DNA from: Octopus bimaculoides
Taxonomy: Eukaryota
DNA length: 35,679 nt
Direction: 5' to 3'
NCBI RefSeq assembly: GCF_001194135.2
Contig: NC_068985.1
Coordinates: forward strand, 114,576,509-114,612,187
The translations under genes were made by a program, and so were the position numbers. This document shows positions 12,269 to 21,678 of the stretch, piece after piece (position 1 is the first letter of the stretch; the number at the start of each line of letters is the position of its first letter). The notes under the pieces were generated by a model. The model saw nothing but the letters and a program-made list of their open reading frames with translations. It had not been told where the DNA came from and did not search any database.

Positions 12269-12444
12269 TGTCATGGCGAGAGTCATTGACACCCTGTGGA
12301 ACTGGAAGAATGGACTAGCCGAACTCTTATAAAGAGTAGCATATTGGTTGAGACGAGAGGAGTCGTTGAGAGTTCGTGGAAATCGTAGGAAGGCGTTGAG
12401 ATCGCTGAGAGTTTGTATTTATTGGAGTAATTTGAAGTACATCA
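12269..12444. mobile_element. Putative solo LTR (176 bp) inserted in a TA array
   Basis: Starts TGTCA and ends CATCA (TG..CA); TATAT on both sides; an internal TATAAA on the plus strand and AATAAA on the minus strand. Confidence 0.55.
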
Positions 12445-12483
12445 TATATATATATATATATATATATAGTAATACTAATAATA

Positions 12484-12695
12484 ATCCATGGATGGAATTT
12501 ATAAATATTTAATGCCACGCTACGCGCCTTTCCACAAATCTCATATTTCTTGAGATCATAGTTCGTACTCCTGGAATGGTTACAGAACAGTCTGTAGTAT
12601 TCATGGACATCGGGTAGATCATATTCATGCAATCATTTCTTCGGCCGATATGGCGTGTAACGATGCATTAAAATATTTATAAATTCCATCCGTGG

Positions 12696-12697
<2 letters not shown>
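12484..12697. mobile_element. MITE-like element with ~32-bp terminal inverted repeats
   Basis: ATCCATGGATGGAATTTATAAATATTTAATGC (12484-12515) versus GCATTAAAATATTTATAAATTCCATCCGTGGAT (12665-12697): one mismatch and one indel. Confidence 0.8.
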
Positions 12698-12785
<88 letters not shown>

Positions 12786-12803
12786 TTATATTATTATTAT
12801 TAA
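12697..12803. repeat. (CAT)n then (TAT)n microsatellite
   Basis: Direct reading; the TAA part lies at the 3' end of the adjacent minus-strand retroelement. Confidence 0.97.
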
Positions 12804-14020
12804 TATCGGCACAACTCAGCGCAAACCATAAGAACTGTTATTGGCAGCTGGTATCATTAGGCTGTAGCCGGCATAATAAAATAGGAGCTCTTACATGCAA
12901 ATCAAATACCGTTTCAAGTGCGTATATTGATATAATTTGTTCTTTCGAACAAATCAGCGAAATGCTTTGTTTGTCGATTCCTATATCGGAATGGATATTT
13001 GGACCTAATTCGTGATATCTAGGCATGCTCGTCACTGAGGTGGCCAAATCAAGTCCAAATACTGTTGACTGACGATACTCTGACGACGTCCTAAGGAAGA
13101 CTATGTCTTTGAGAAGTCTCTACGCAACAAAATATTACAGGTCTTACTCTAAAAAAAAAATAAAGACAGGAAGCCCGATACTTTACTTAACGAGAAGAAC
13201 ACTCAAAATATTTGCAGTTCGATATTCTACAGCTTTTTGGCACATAGTTTAGCTGGCTGCCGTTCGAGATGTTTGTTGAATCCCTTCGGGGGTTTTGATT
13301 GAGCGTCGATACCAATTAGCACGATTCCCATTTCACTGTTACACATTTCTCTAATGCCAATCTCCACGCCTGCAAATTTGCTGAATCTTCTAAATTTTCT
13401 TGTTACAAAATTTATTTCAGTTGGGAGGTGTAACATGGAGGATAAAACAGATTTTCCCTTTTATTTTTTTCATTATGGACCTTTTATTATTTTTGGCAGC
13501 AATTCTGACACCGATATTCCACATTTAAATTGACAGCAATTTTTCACGTGATTTCTGTCAGTGTTGTTTATGACTATGTATTTTAGACATGCTTGCTTTA
13601 ACCAACACAGTTATTTCATAAGCAAGTTCCATGCATAGTGAGCAAAACAAGCAGCGTACTTTTTGTTGGGACTAAATGCATATTCAGTAGGTAATTGTTT
13701 TCAATAGCGTCGTTGCCGGAGAATAGTTTTTCTGGATGACTTGAAGGGACACAACGTTTTTATAAGGCAATACTGTGTTCTGTTGTGTTCGCCGTGCTAT
13801 TACATCACTTGTTAAGATTTTCTATCAGTACTGGCAATAATTTCTAGGGTGTTATGCTTAGACCCTTCTTTTTTCTATGGTTGTCTTCAGTATTAGCTTT
13901 ATTGATCAATAGTTGATCTGTACATCCGTATGAGCCCTTGCAGCATCCCTTCTGCTCCTCTGGAAAAGAGGTTGTTTTCTTCCAGATGTTTGCCCATTCT
14001 TTTTGATACTGTTGTGCTAA
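12804..14020 (-). mobile_element. Highly decayed R4/Dong-type (RLE) non-LTR retrotransposon: RT fragment, endonuclease C-terminus, probable 3' UTR
   Basis: The minus strand at about 14020-13860 reads GKHLEENNLFPEEQKGCCKGSYGCTDQLLINKLILEDNHRKKKGLS (R4-like RT). At about 13460-13180 it reads KICFILHVTPP..., GIVLIGI..., KGFNKHLERQP and TANIL (RLE C-terminus). The 3' UTR assignment rests on position only. Confidence 0.7.
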
Positions 14021-14030
14021 TATATGAAAC

Positions 14031-14031
<1 letters not shown>

Positions 14032-14088
<57 letters not shown>
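14032..14088. repeat. (ATT)n / (TAA)n array
   Basis: Direct reading. Confidence 0.98.
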
Positions 14089-14570
14089 GAGTGAGAGAGC
14101 AGCGCATGCCATCAGAGTGACACTGGGGTACGAATATACGAAGCTAAATATACCCATCATGGTTACCCGTCCGATAATGGTAAACCAGACACATGCATCA
14201 GAACCATATGTGTGCGACATGGTGATTTTACATCAACAGCGCGTGACCTCGCAGGTGGGGCCCAGTTAGAATTTTCTTCAGATTGTGTAGCCCATCCCAC
14301 TCAAAAGTTCCTGAATAAAGTTTGTTTAAGGATGATAAATGGCACTCTCATGTTTCCAGGGGTGAATCATTAAAACCGCAAAGAATTCCTCTCGACACAT
14401 GGCGATGATGCTCCCCCACTACTTCTATTTGTGATCAGAGATGCACCGTCTGTGGTATTAAGCAGAATATTTGCTGTAGCCCATCCTTTATATGAATACA
14501 AAACGTGTCCATTATAAGACTTCCAATCATTTAAGATCAAAAGTTGAGAGTCACTGCCTGGTACTGCATC

Positions 14571-14572
<2 letters not shown>
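14089..14572 (-). mobile_element. Non-coding ~480-bp interspersed element bounded by TAA arrays on both sides; probably the 3' UTR or a non-autonomous derivative of an RLE retrotransposon
   Basis: Sharp boundaries against (TAA)n at both ends and no coding motif. I recall the sequence as a common octopus repeat (recollection, not searched). Confidence 0.55.

Positions 14573-14654
<82 letters not shown>
14573..14654. repeat. (TTA)n array
   Basis: Direct reading. Confidence 0.98.
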
Positions 14655-14659
14655 CATTT

Positions 14660-14730
14660 GAAGTACCACCGAGGTCAGCTTTGCTTTCATCTTTCGGGGT
14701 CGATAAAACAGATACCAGTAGAGATCCCAG
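14660..14730 (+). mobile_element. Family M SINE core fragment
   Basis: CCGAGGTCAGCTTTGCTTTCATCTTTCGGGGTCGATAAAA. Confidence 0.8.
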
Positions 14731-14789
14731 AACTCTTATAATTATAATTATAATAATTTCATGTTAAATTAGCCAGCAGAAATGTTGCT

Positions 14790-15050
14790 GTCTTGAGGTT
14801 TGGTGATAGTCATCTTAATTCTCAAGAATCTTTCTTAGGTTTCTTTATTCGATGCAGGATGTTGCTTTTCTGCAAGTCGATGCAAGTCGACGATGCGAGT
14901 CTCAATTCCAATATCTTTCAGTCTCTAAGGTAGCAGTTTGGATGTTTTGAAAGATGTATCAATTACCACAGAAAATATTGCCATTTTTATTTCTCTGGCT
15001 TGACCATGATATTTCTATTTTTTTTTTCAATCTTTTTTTTAGTATCCACT
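14790..15050 (-). mobile_element. RLE-type retrotransposon C-terminal fragment
   Basis: The minus strand gives LKDIGIETRIVDL, then QKSNILH, then NLRKILEN* across frameshifts, matching the LQK.A.L....ILR.VL terminus of RLE ORFs. Confidence 0.6.
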
Positions 15051-15069
15051 CTGTTATCATATGTAAGGC

Positions 15070-15745
15070 GAAATGCTCAGCGTCGGGCAAAATGATCAGC
15101 GTAGGACAAAATGCTCAGCGTCGGACAAAATGCTCAGCGTCGGACAAAATGCTCAGCGTCGAACAAAATGACCAGCGTCGGGCAAAATGCGCAGTGTAGG
15201 ACAAAATGCTCAGCACCGGACAAAATGCTCAGCACCGGACAAAATGCTCAGCGTCGGGCGAAATGCTCAGCGTAGGACAACATGCTCAGCGTCGGGCAAA
15301 CTGCTCAGCGCAGGAAAAATGCTTTGCGTAGGACAACATGCTCAGCGCCGGACAAAATGCTCATCCTCGGGCAAACTGCTCAGCATAGGACAAAATGCTC
15401 ATCGTTGGCAAAATGCTCAGCGTTGGACAACATGCTCAGCGTAGGACGAAATGTTCAGCGTATGACAAAATGCCCAGTGTGGGGCAAAATGCTCAGCGTA
15501 GGACAACATGCTCAGCGTCGGGCAAAATGCTCAGCGTAGGACGAAATGTTCAGCGTAGGGCAAAATGCTCAGCGTCGGGCAAAATGCTCAGCGTAGGACG
15601 AAATGCTCAGCGTCGGGCAAAATGCTCAGCGTCGGGCAAAATGCTCATCGTCGGGCAAAGTGCTCAGCGTCGGGCAAAATGCTCAGCGTAGGACAAAATG
15701 CTTTGCGTAGGACAAAATGCTCAGTGTAGGACAAAATGCTCAGCG
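15070..15745 (+). repeat. 19-bp minisatellite: 35 units plus a partial unit, consensus AAAATGCTCAGCGT(CGGG/AGGA)C
   Basis: Units counted by hand; 33 are 19 bp and two are 18 bp. The array runs directly into a family M SINE body. Confidence 0.97.
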
Positions 15746-15917
15746 GCATTTTTCCTGGCTTTGAACGTTCTAAATTCAGATGCCACCAAGGTTAACTTTG
15801 CCTTTCATCCTTTCAGGATCGATAAAATAAAGTACCAGTTGAGTACTTAAGTCGACATAATTGATTATATCCCTTCCTTAAAATCGCTGACCTAGTACCA
15901 AAATTAAAAGCCATTGT
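15746..15917 (+). mobile_element. Family M SINE body; its head is replaced by the minisatellite
   Basis: GCATTTTTCC...GGTTAACTTTGCCTTTCATCCTTTCAGGATCGATAAAATAAAGTACCAGTTGAG. Confidence 0.88.
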
Positions 15918-16030
15918 TAGTATCTTAAAACTGGCATAGCTCATGTATTTATTGCTTTAATAATATTCCCTCCATTTAATTTTGTTTCAAGTACCTTCTT
16001 AATTATTTTCTGATAGACTTTGGTGATTTT

Positions 16031-16232
16031 AAGGCGGTGAAATGGCAGAAAGGTTAGCAGGCAGGACAATATGCATTGCAGCATTTTGTCATTACGTCTT
16101 TACGTTCCGAGTTTAAATTCCGCAGAGGTCGACTGCGCTTTTTCTCTTTTCGGAGTCGATAAAATAAATATTAGCTGAGCTCTGGCGTCAGTGTAAACGA
16201 CTTATCCTGACTCCCGTAAAATTGAAACCATT
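16031..16232 (+). mobile_element. SINE, family M
   Basis: AAGGCGGTGAAATGGCAGAA...GAGGTCGAC...GTCGATAAAATAA...GAAACCATT. Confidence 0.85.
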
Positions 16233-16235
16233 GGT

Positions 16236-16697
16236 GACCAAGATTAGACACCTGGCATCTAGAATGTCAAGCGCCCACTTCTCTCTTCCAGTCAGGGCAA
16301 TATTGTCGATGAAAGTTCTACAGTAGCTAAATATAGAAATCTAGTGGTGGGAAGGAGCGATGATGTTCTCGGGGAAACTCTAAGTGTATACGAGGATAAA
16401 CTAGCTGGTCTATTTCCGATGACTTACGAGCCCTTACGAGCCCTTACGAGCTAGGGATAAGTTCCAGAAATCCTGGCAGTGCTATCGAGGAGCACTGCTA
16501 GTTTCAGCTAAACTCTGCAGTCGCGGAAGCGGGACTGTCTGAGATGAGTGCAGTGACAAAACCGTCCAGCATGCATTCATGCAATGTCCGAGCATTGCTG
16601 ACTTGTGGAGTTATGTCGAACATGTGTTATCACGTGGAGGACAAAGCTGACTATCGTCTGAATTCGTCGTGAGAATTGTCACACTACCCACCTTGAA
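16236..16697 (+). mobile_element. Tx1/L1-clade non-LTR retrotransposon ORF2 3' fragment (zf-RVT region), decayed
   Basis: GNIVDESST..YRNLVVGRSDDVLGETL, DKFQKSWQCYRGAL, and TVQHAFMQCPSIADLWSYVEHVLS (H.F..CP....W motif). It has stops and a 10-bp triplication (16423-16452). Confidence 0.8.
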
Positions 16698-16699
16698 CA

Positions 16700-16719
16700 T
16701 ATTATTATTATTATTATTG

Positions 16720-16771
<52 letters not shown>

Positions 16772-16800
16772 TATTATCATTATTATTATTATTATTATTG
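16700..16800. repeat. Compound (TTA)n-(CAT)n-(TTA)n microsatellite
   Basis: Direct reading. Confidence 0.95.
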
Positions 16801-17001
16801 AAGGCGGTGAGCTGGTAGAATCGTTTGCGCATTGGCTGAAATGCTTATCGGTATTTCGCTCGTTGCTATGTTCTGGGTTCAAATTCCAGCGAGGTCGACT
16901 TTGCCTTTCATCCTTCGGGGTCGATAAAATAAATACGAGTTGAACACTGGGATCGATGTAATCCCTCAAACTGTTGCCCTTGTGGCAAAATTTGAAACCA
17001 T
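16801..17001 (+). mobile_element. SINE, family M, near full length with a (TTA)n tail
   Basis: A-box-like TGGTAGAATCG, B-box-like GGTTCAAATTCC, the family core, and a GAAACCATTATTATT end. Confidence 0.9.
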
Positions 17002-17169
17002 TATTATTATTATTATCATTGTTGTTGTTGTTGTTGTTGTTCTTCTTCTTCTTCTTCTTATCCAATCCACCTTAAAACCTCTGTTGATTTCGTCTTTAAC
17101 ATCCTTGGGAAAGGCATAAATGCCAAAGAGCCTACTTCATTCTATGAGTTAATGTCATAGTCAAGAAAC

Positions 17170-17384
17170 AATATGATGATGAAGATGGTGATGATATGAT
17201 AATGATGATGATAATAATGATGATGGTGATGATGATGACGATAATGAGGACGATGATGATGATAATGATGATGGTGGTGATCGTCGTGTCGGTCTTGATG
17301 ATGGTGCTGCTGATGATGTTGGTGTCGGCGGTGGTGATGTCGGTGACAGTGGTGGTTGTGGTGCTGCTGGTGATGATGATGATA

Positions 17385-17447
<63 letters not shown>
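17170..17447. repeat. Degenerate (GAT)n/(GGT)n trinucleotide array
   Basis: Direct reading; source of the poly-M and poly-I pseudo-ORFs. Confidence 0.93.
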
Positions 17448-17806
17448 GCTACTAGAAGATTACCAAGAGTATGTAGGACATAAATAATGTGGGAAATGGA
17501 GATGGAGAAGAAAAAGTAAGTCAAAATGGAGCGAGGGCGGGGTGTGGAAGGGAAGGTAGAAGAGACGAAGAGAACGGATGCCTGTGTTTATCGATGTGGT
17601 GGGAAATGTGATGACTACTGAGGACATGAATACGTGTGCGTGACGAAGAGAAGGAAGAAGTGGGTGCGGAGAGTCAGGTGGGGAGGAACTGGATTGAGTA
17701 GATTGAGAAATTTAAAATAAATATGAATGAAATACATTTTCATCTCAAAGGAACTCTGAAAGAGTAGTAAAAGAATAGAAGAACAAGAAGAGAAGAAGAA
17801 AATCAA

Positions 17807-17974
17807 GTAGGAGTGGAAAGAGGAAAAGACGAAGAAAAAGCAGTAGAAGGAGAAAGAGGAAAAGACGAAGCAAAAGTAATAGAAGGAGAAAGAGGAAAAG
17901 AAGAAAATGTAGTTGGAGGATAAAGAGGTAAAGAAGAAGAAAAAGAAATAGGCGGAGAAAGAGGAAAAGAAGAA
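17807..17974 (+). repeat. Purine-rich minisatellite, ~36-bp unit, about 5 copies
   Basis: Units resemble GTAGAAGGAGAAAGAGGAAAAGACGAAGCAAAAGTA. Confidence 0.8.
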
Positions 17975-18189
17975 TGTGTAATTAATTATCGACGTATAGT
18001 TCTAGATCTTTCGGTTAAAAATGTGCGTTTAGCATGCACAATTAAAGACCTATCTATATGCAAATTATGCAAAGCACAATTATAGTTTCATCTCTATGCA
18101 CAGAACTACATCTCTGTACATCAATATATGCATATATAATATCTAGATGCTTATCAACAACTGTTTATGCATAGAGTTTGTTACAGAGG

Positions 18190-18740
18190 TTGTTACATGT
18201 AACCGTGAGTGTGCGTACCTTTGTGTGTGTGTGTGTGTGTGTGTGCATGCGTGAGCGTGTGTTTGTTTATGTTTATGTGTGTTTGGGCTTGTGTCTTTCT
18301 GTGCGTGTATATGTGTCTGAGTGCGTGTGTTTGTGCGTGTAAATGCATCGTCTCCCCATGTGTACCTATATTTCTGTGTATGTCTATGTGTGTGTGCTTA
18401 TTTGTGCATGTGTATGTCTGTGGGTGTGTATTTATATGTGCATGATTGTGTTTGTGTGTATGTATGTTGTATGTGTTTTCTGTGTGACTAAGTATGTGCG
18501 TGTGAGTCTTTGTGTGTGTGTGTGTGTTCATGTAATGTATGTATGCATGCTTTTGTGTATGCGCTTTCGTGTGTTTGAGTCTGTGTTTTTGTGGGTGAAT
18601 CTGTCAGTGTATGCTAGTATATGTCTGCGTATTTTTGTCTGTAGTATTTGTGTTTATGCGTGTATTTATGCGTATATCTGTGTGTATGTGTGTGTGTGTG
18701 CGTGTGTGTGTGTATGTGTGTGTCTTTATGCACGTATCTG
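18190..18740. repeat. Degenerate (TG)n-rich low-complexity tract
   Basis: Direct reading. Confidence 0.9.
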
Positions 18741-18894
18741 CGAGTGTTTATATTTTTACTTTGCTTTTTCAGAATTTCATATTCAATTTGTTATTGAAAC
18801 CAACCTAAAACATAACCACAAACTCAACGCAAAAACAAAAACTATCGAAATAAATCTACAAGCTTCAACATATATCGTAACAGCAACAAAAACG

Positions 18895-18900
18895 ACGATG

Positions 18901-18963
<63 letters not shown>

Positions 18964-19044
18964 CCAACAATAATAACAACAAAAGCTGCAACAACAGCGA
19001 CTATGAGAATGAATATGACATTGATGTTGCTTTTAGTGATAATG

Positions 19045-19076
<32 letters not shown>

Positions 19077-19353
19077 GATGATGATGGCAACGACGACGAC
19101 GACGACGACGACGATGATGAGAAGAATCATCAACATCCTCATCATCATCATCATCATCACCATCATCATCGTGATATCATCAGCTTGATTATCGCCACGA
19201 TAGTAAACCTGATAATAATAATGAGATGAGTCCGATGATAGTGTTGGTAACGGCAGCGACAACGAAGCTGAAGATGACGATGATTATGATGATGATGGGG
19301 AGGAGGAGAAAGAAGAAGAGGAGGAGAAGGAGGAGGAGGAGGAGGAGGAGGAG
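18895..19353. repeat. Compound trinucleotide array (ACA)n/(TGA)n/(ACG)n/(TCA)n/(GAG)n
   Basis: Direct reading. Confidence 0.93.
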
Positions 19354-19722
19354 NNNNNNNNNNNNNNNNNNNNNNNNNNNNNNNNNNNNNNNNNNNNNNN
19401 NNNNNNNNNNNNNNNNNNNNNNNNNNNNNNNNNNNNNNNNNNNNNNNNNNNNNNNNNNNNNNNNNNNNNNNNNNNNNNNNNNNNNNNNNNNNNNNNNNNN
19501 NNNNNNNNNNNNNNNNNNNNNNNNNNNNNNNNNNNNNNNNNNNNNNNNNNNNNNNNNNNNNNNNNNNNNNNNNNNNNNNNNNNNNNNNNNNNNNNNNNNN
19601 NNNNNNNNNNNNNNNNNNNNNNNNNNNNNNNNNNNNNNNNNNNNNNNAGAGTGAGAAAGAGAGAGATAGAGAGAGTGAGTGAGTGAGAGAGAGAGAGTGA
19701 GTGACTGAGAGAGAGAGAGTGA

Positions 19723-19808
<86 letters not shown>

Positions 19809-20109
19809 ATGATGGCCAACTGTAGGCGATGGCACAGTTCCCACACAGAAATTACGACTACAAGAAACGAACAGACAATGACTGGGTCGCTCTGCCAAAA
19901 GTCAGCAAGCACCGTCAACCACTGTGGCCACTATGTGTATGTGTCTGACATGCGCAAAAGTGTGTGAATCCCGAATCAATTTTGCTTTCGTATATGCGCA
20001 CCCTCTTATGTCCGGGTGACAACATTAAAAGGGAATATAATCGGCAAAGATATACAGCGAAAAAGAAAAGTAAGCGTGTGAGTTGCCGATATTAAAAACG
20101 TTTTAAAAA

Positions 20110-20326
20110 ACAGCGAGCTCGCAGAATTGTTAGCATGCTGGGCAAATTGCATAGCGGCACTTTGTTCGTCTTTACGTCCTGAGTTCATATTTCACCGAGG
20201 TCGACTTTACCTTTCATCCTTTCGGAGTCGAGGAAATAAATACCAGTAGAGTATTGAGGTCGGTGTAATCGACTTAGCCCCATGCCCCCAAATTGCTGGC
20301 CTTGTGCCAAAATTGGAAACCAATAT
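20110..20326 (+). mobile_element. SINE, family M
   Basis: Full head, core and tail: GCAGAATTGTTAGC...CCGAGGTCGACTTTACCTTTCATCCTTTCGGAGTCGA...GGAAACCAATA. Confidence 0.9.
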
Positions 20327-20396
20327 CATATCGTGTTATAAGATGTGTATGCGTATTGTGTTGTGTTATGCTGGCAGTAATATTGTGCAGTAATAT

Positions 20397-20622
20397 TGTT
20401 ACAAATTTTAGTACAAGGCCAGCAATTTTAGGGTAGAGATTACAGTGACCCCAGTACACTGACCCCAGTACACTGACTGGTACTTATGTTATCGGTTCAG
20501 AAGGGATGAAAGGTGAAGATGACATCGGCAATATTTAAGATCAAAACGTAAAGAGCCGGAGGAAATGTTGCTATTTATTTTGTCCGATGCACTAACAATT
20601 CTGCCCGCTTGCTAATGTTGAG
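20397..20622 (-). mobile_element. SINE, family M, with a 13-bp target-site duplication
   Basis: TGTGCAGTAATAT at 20384-20396 and 20623-20635; internal 14-bp tandem duplication TGACCCCAGTACAC. Confidence 0.85.
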
Positions 20623-21069
20623 TGTGCAGTAATATATTTGTAAGTTACTTTACCTATCGTTAGATTCCCAATGTAGGGCAGGAATTTAGTGACCTATTAT
20701 ACTATGAAAGCTCTGATGTACCAGGTTTAGTCAACAAATTTCCACCTGACTTTGGTAATGTACTTCCACCCGTCTTTGGGAATGTACTTCCGCCCGACTT
20801 TGATGTCCTGTTTCTGAATGTCCTTTGTTTCAGACAAGATTTGACCATACTGAGAGATTTGCTGTTTCATTTCTTGTAAAAAGGACAATTTCCGCTGGTT
20901 ATAGATTCAATTCTATTGCCAATACCCATTCCAGAGCCCATCAAAATGCTGAGGCTAATGATGAATAAGCCGAGGTTGGCATATCATTTGAGAATCCTGG
21001 GCTGAGTTGACGGTGAAGATCCGCTGTCATTTGACATGTTGGTTTATAACTCGCCCTTTTGAGCCGCAG

Positions 21070-21195
21070 GTCCTAGTCAAACAATAACTAATGTAGGGCA
21101 TTCTGGAATGTTACAAGTCACTCATTACACTCTACCAGCTGGACAATGTGGTCGGTGGAATGTCATCGATAGCATTCTAGAGAAAATAGCAGAAG
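21070..21195 (+). other. Candidate coding exon (126 nt, phase 1-1), product unknown
   Basis: GCAG acceptor and AAG|GTATGA donor; open frame PSQTITNVGHSGMLQVTHYTLPAGQCGRWNVIDSILEKIAE. No family recognised; the same sequence also reads as a minus-strand acceptor. Confidence 0.25.
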
Positions 21196-21422
21196 GTATG
21201 AGCAATTATGTACAATCTAAAGATATACATGGCAAGGAATATATTAAAAAATCTACCAATTGTTCTTGGCATTGGTGTTTGTGTACGGAATAGAAGCAGA
21301 AAGGGAACGCTTTAGTACAAGTGCTTGGTGCCGCCTGTTTGGTGTTCTTTTATTTGCCGCTGACTTATTTGACATCAGACGTTTTACTGTTTCGCTTGCC
21401 CTCTTTTCTTCACTCTCCACCC

Positions 21423-21466
<44 letters not shown>

Positions 21467-21678
21467 CTCTGCGTGTTATATATATCTGTATGCGTGTGTA
21501 ATGTCTCTGTCTCCCCCTCTCTCTCTTTCACTCTATATGTATGTGTATATTTCTATGTTTGATTGTGTGCGTAAGTGTGTGTACGCGTATATATGTGTGT
21601 GTGTGCTGGCCTCCAGTGCCAAACTGTACAGTCACCAAAACATGCTAAACGTACTGTTAGCTATGTAAATCGTCTTAC

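Noticed and set aside
15070-15745. CRISPR-like array, or a repetitive protein (MLSVGQNAQRRTKCSASGK ORFs)
   Set aside because: The units abut with no unique spacers, the context is eukaryotic, and the unit derives from a SINE. The 19-aa periodicity is simply three 19-bp units, and the ORFs switch frame at the 18-bp units.
18055-18075. Octamer ATGCAAAT with an adjacent ATGCAAA as a POU-binding site
   Set aside because: An 8-mer is expected by chance in AT-rich DNA of this length, and there is no promoter context.
17132-19262. Poly-M, I, T, V, H and CV ORFs up to 281 aa
   Set aside because: They are translations of trinucleotide and (TG)n microsatellites, with no domain or splice support.
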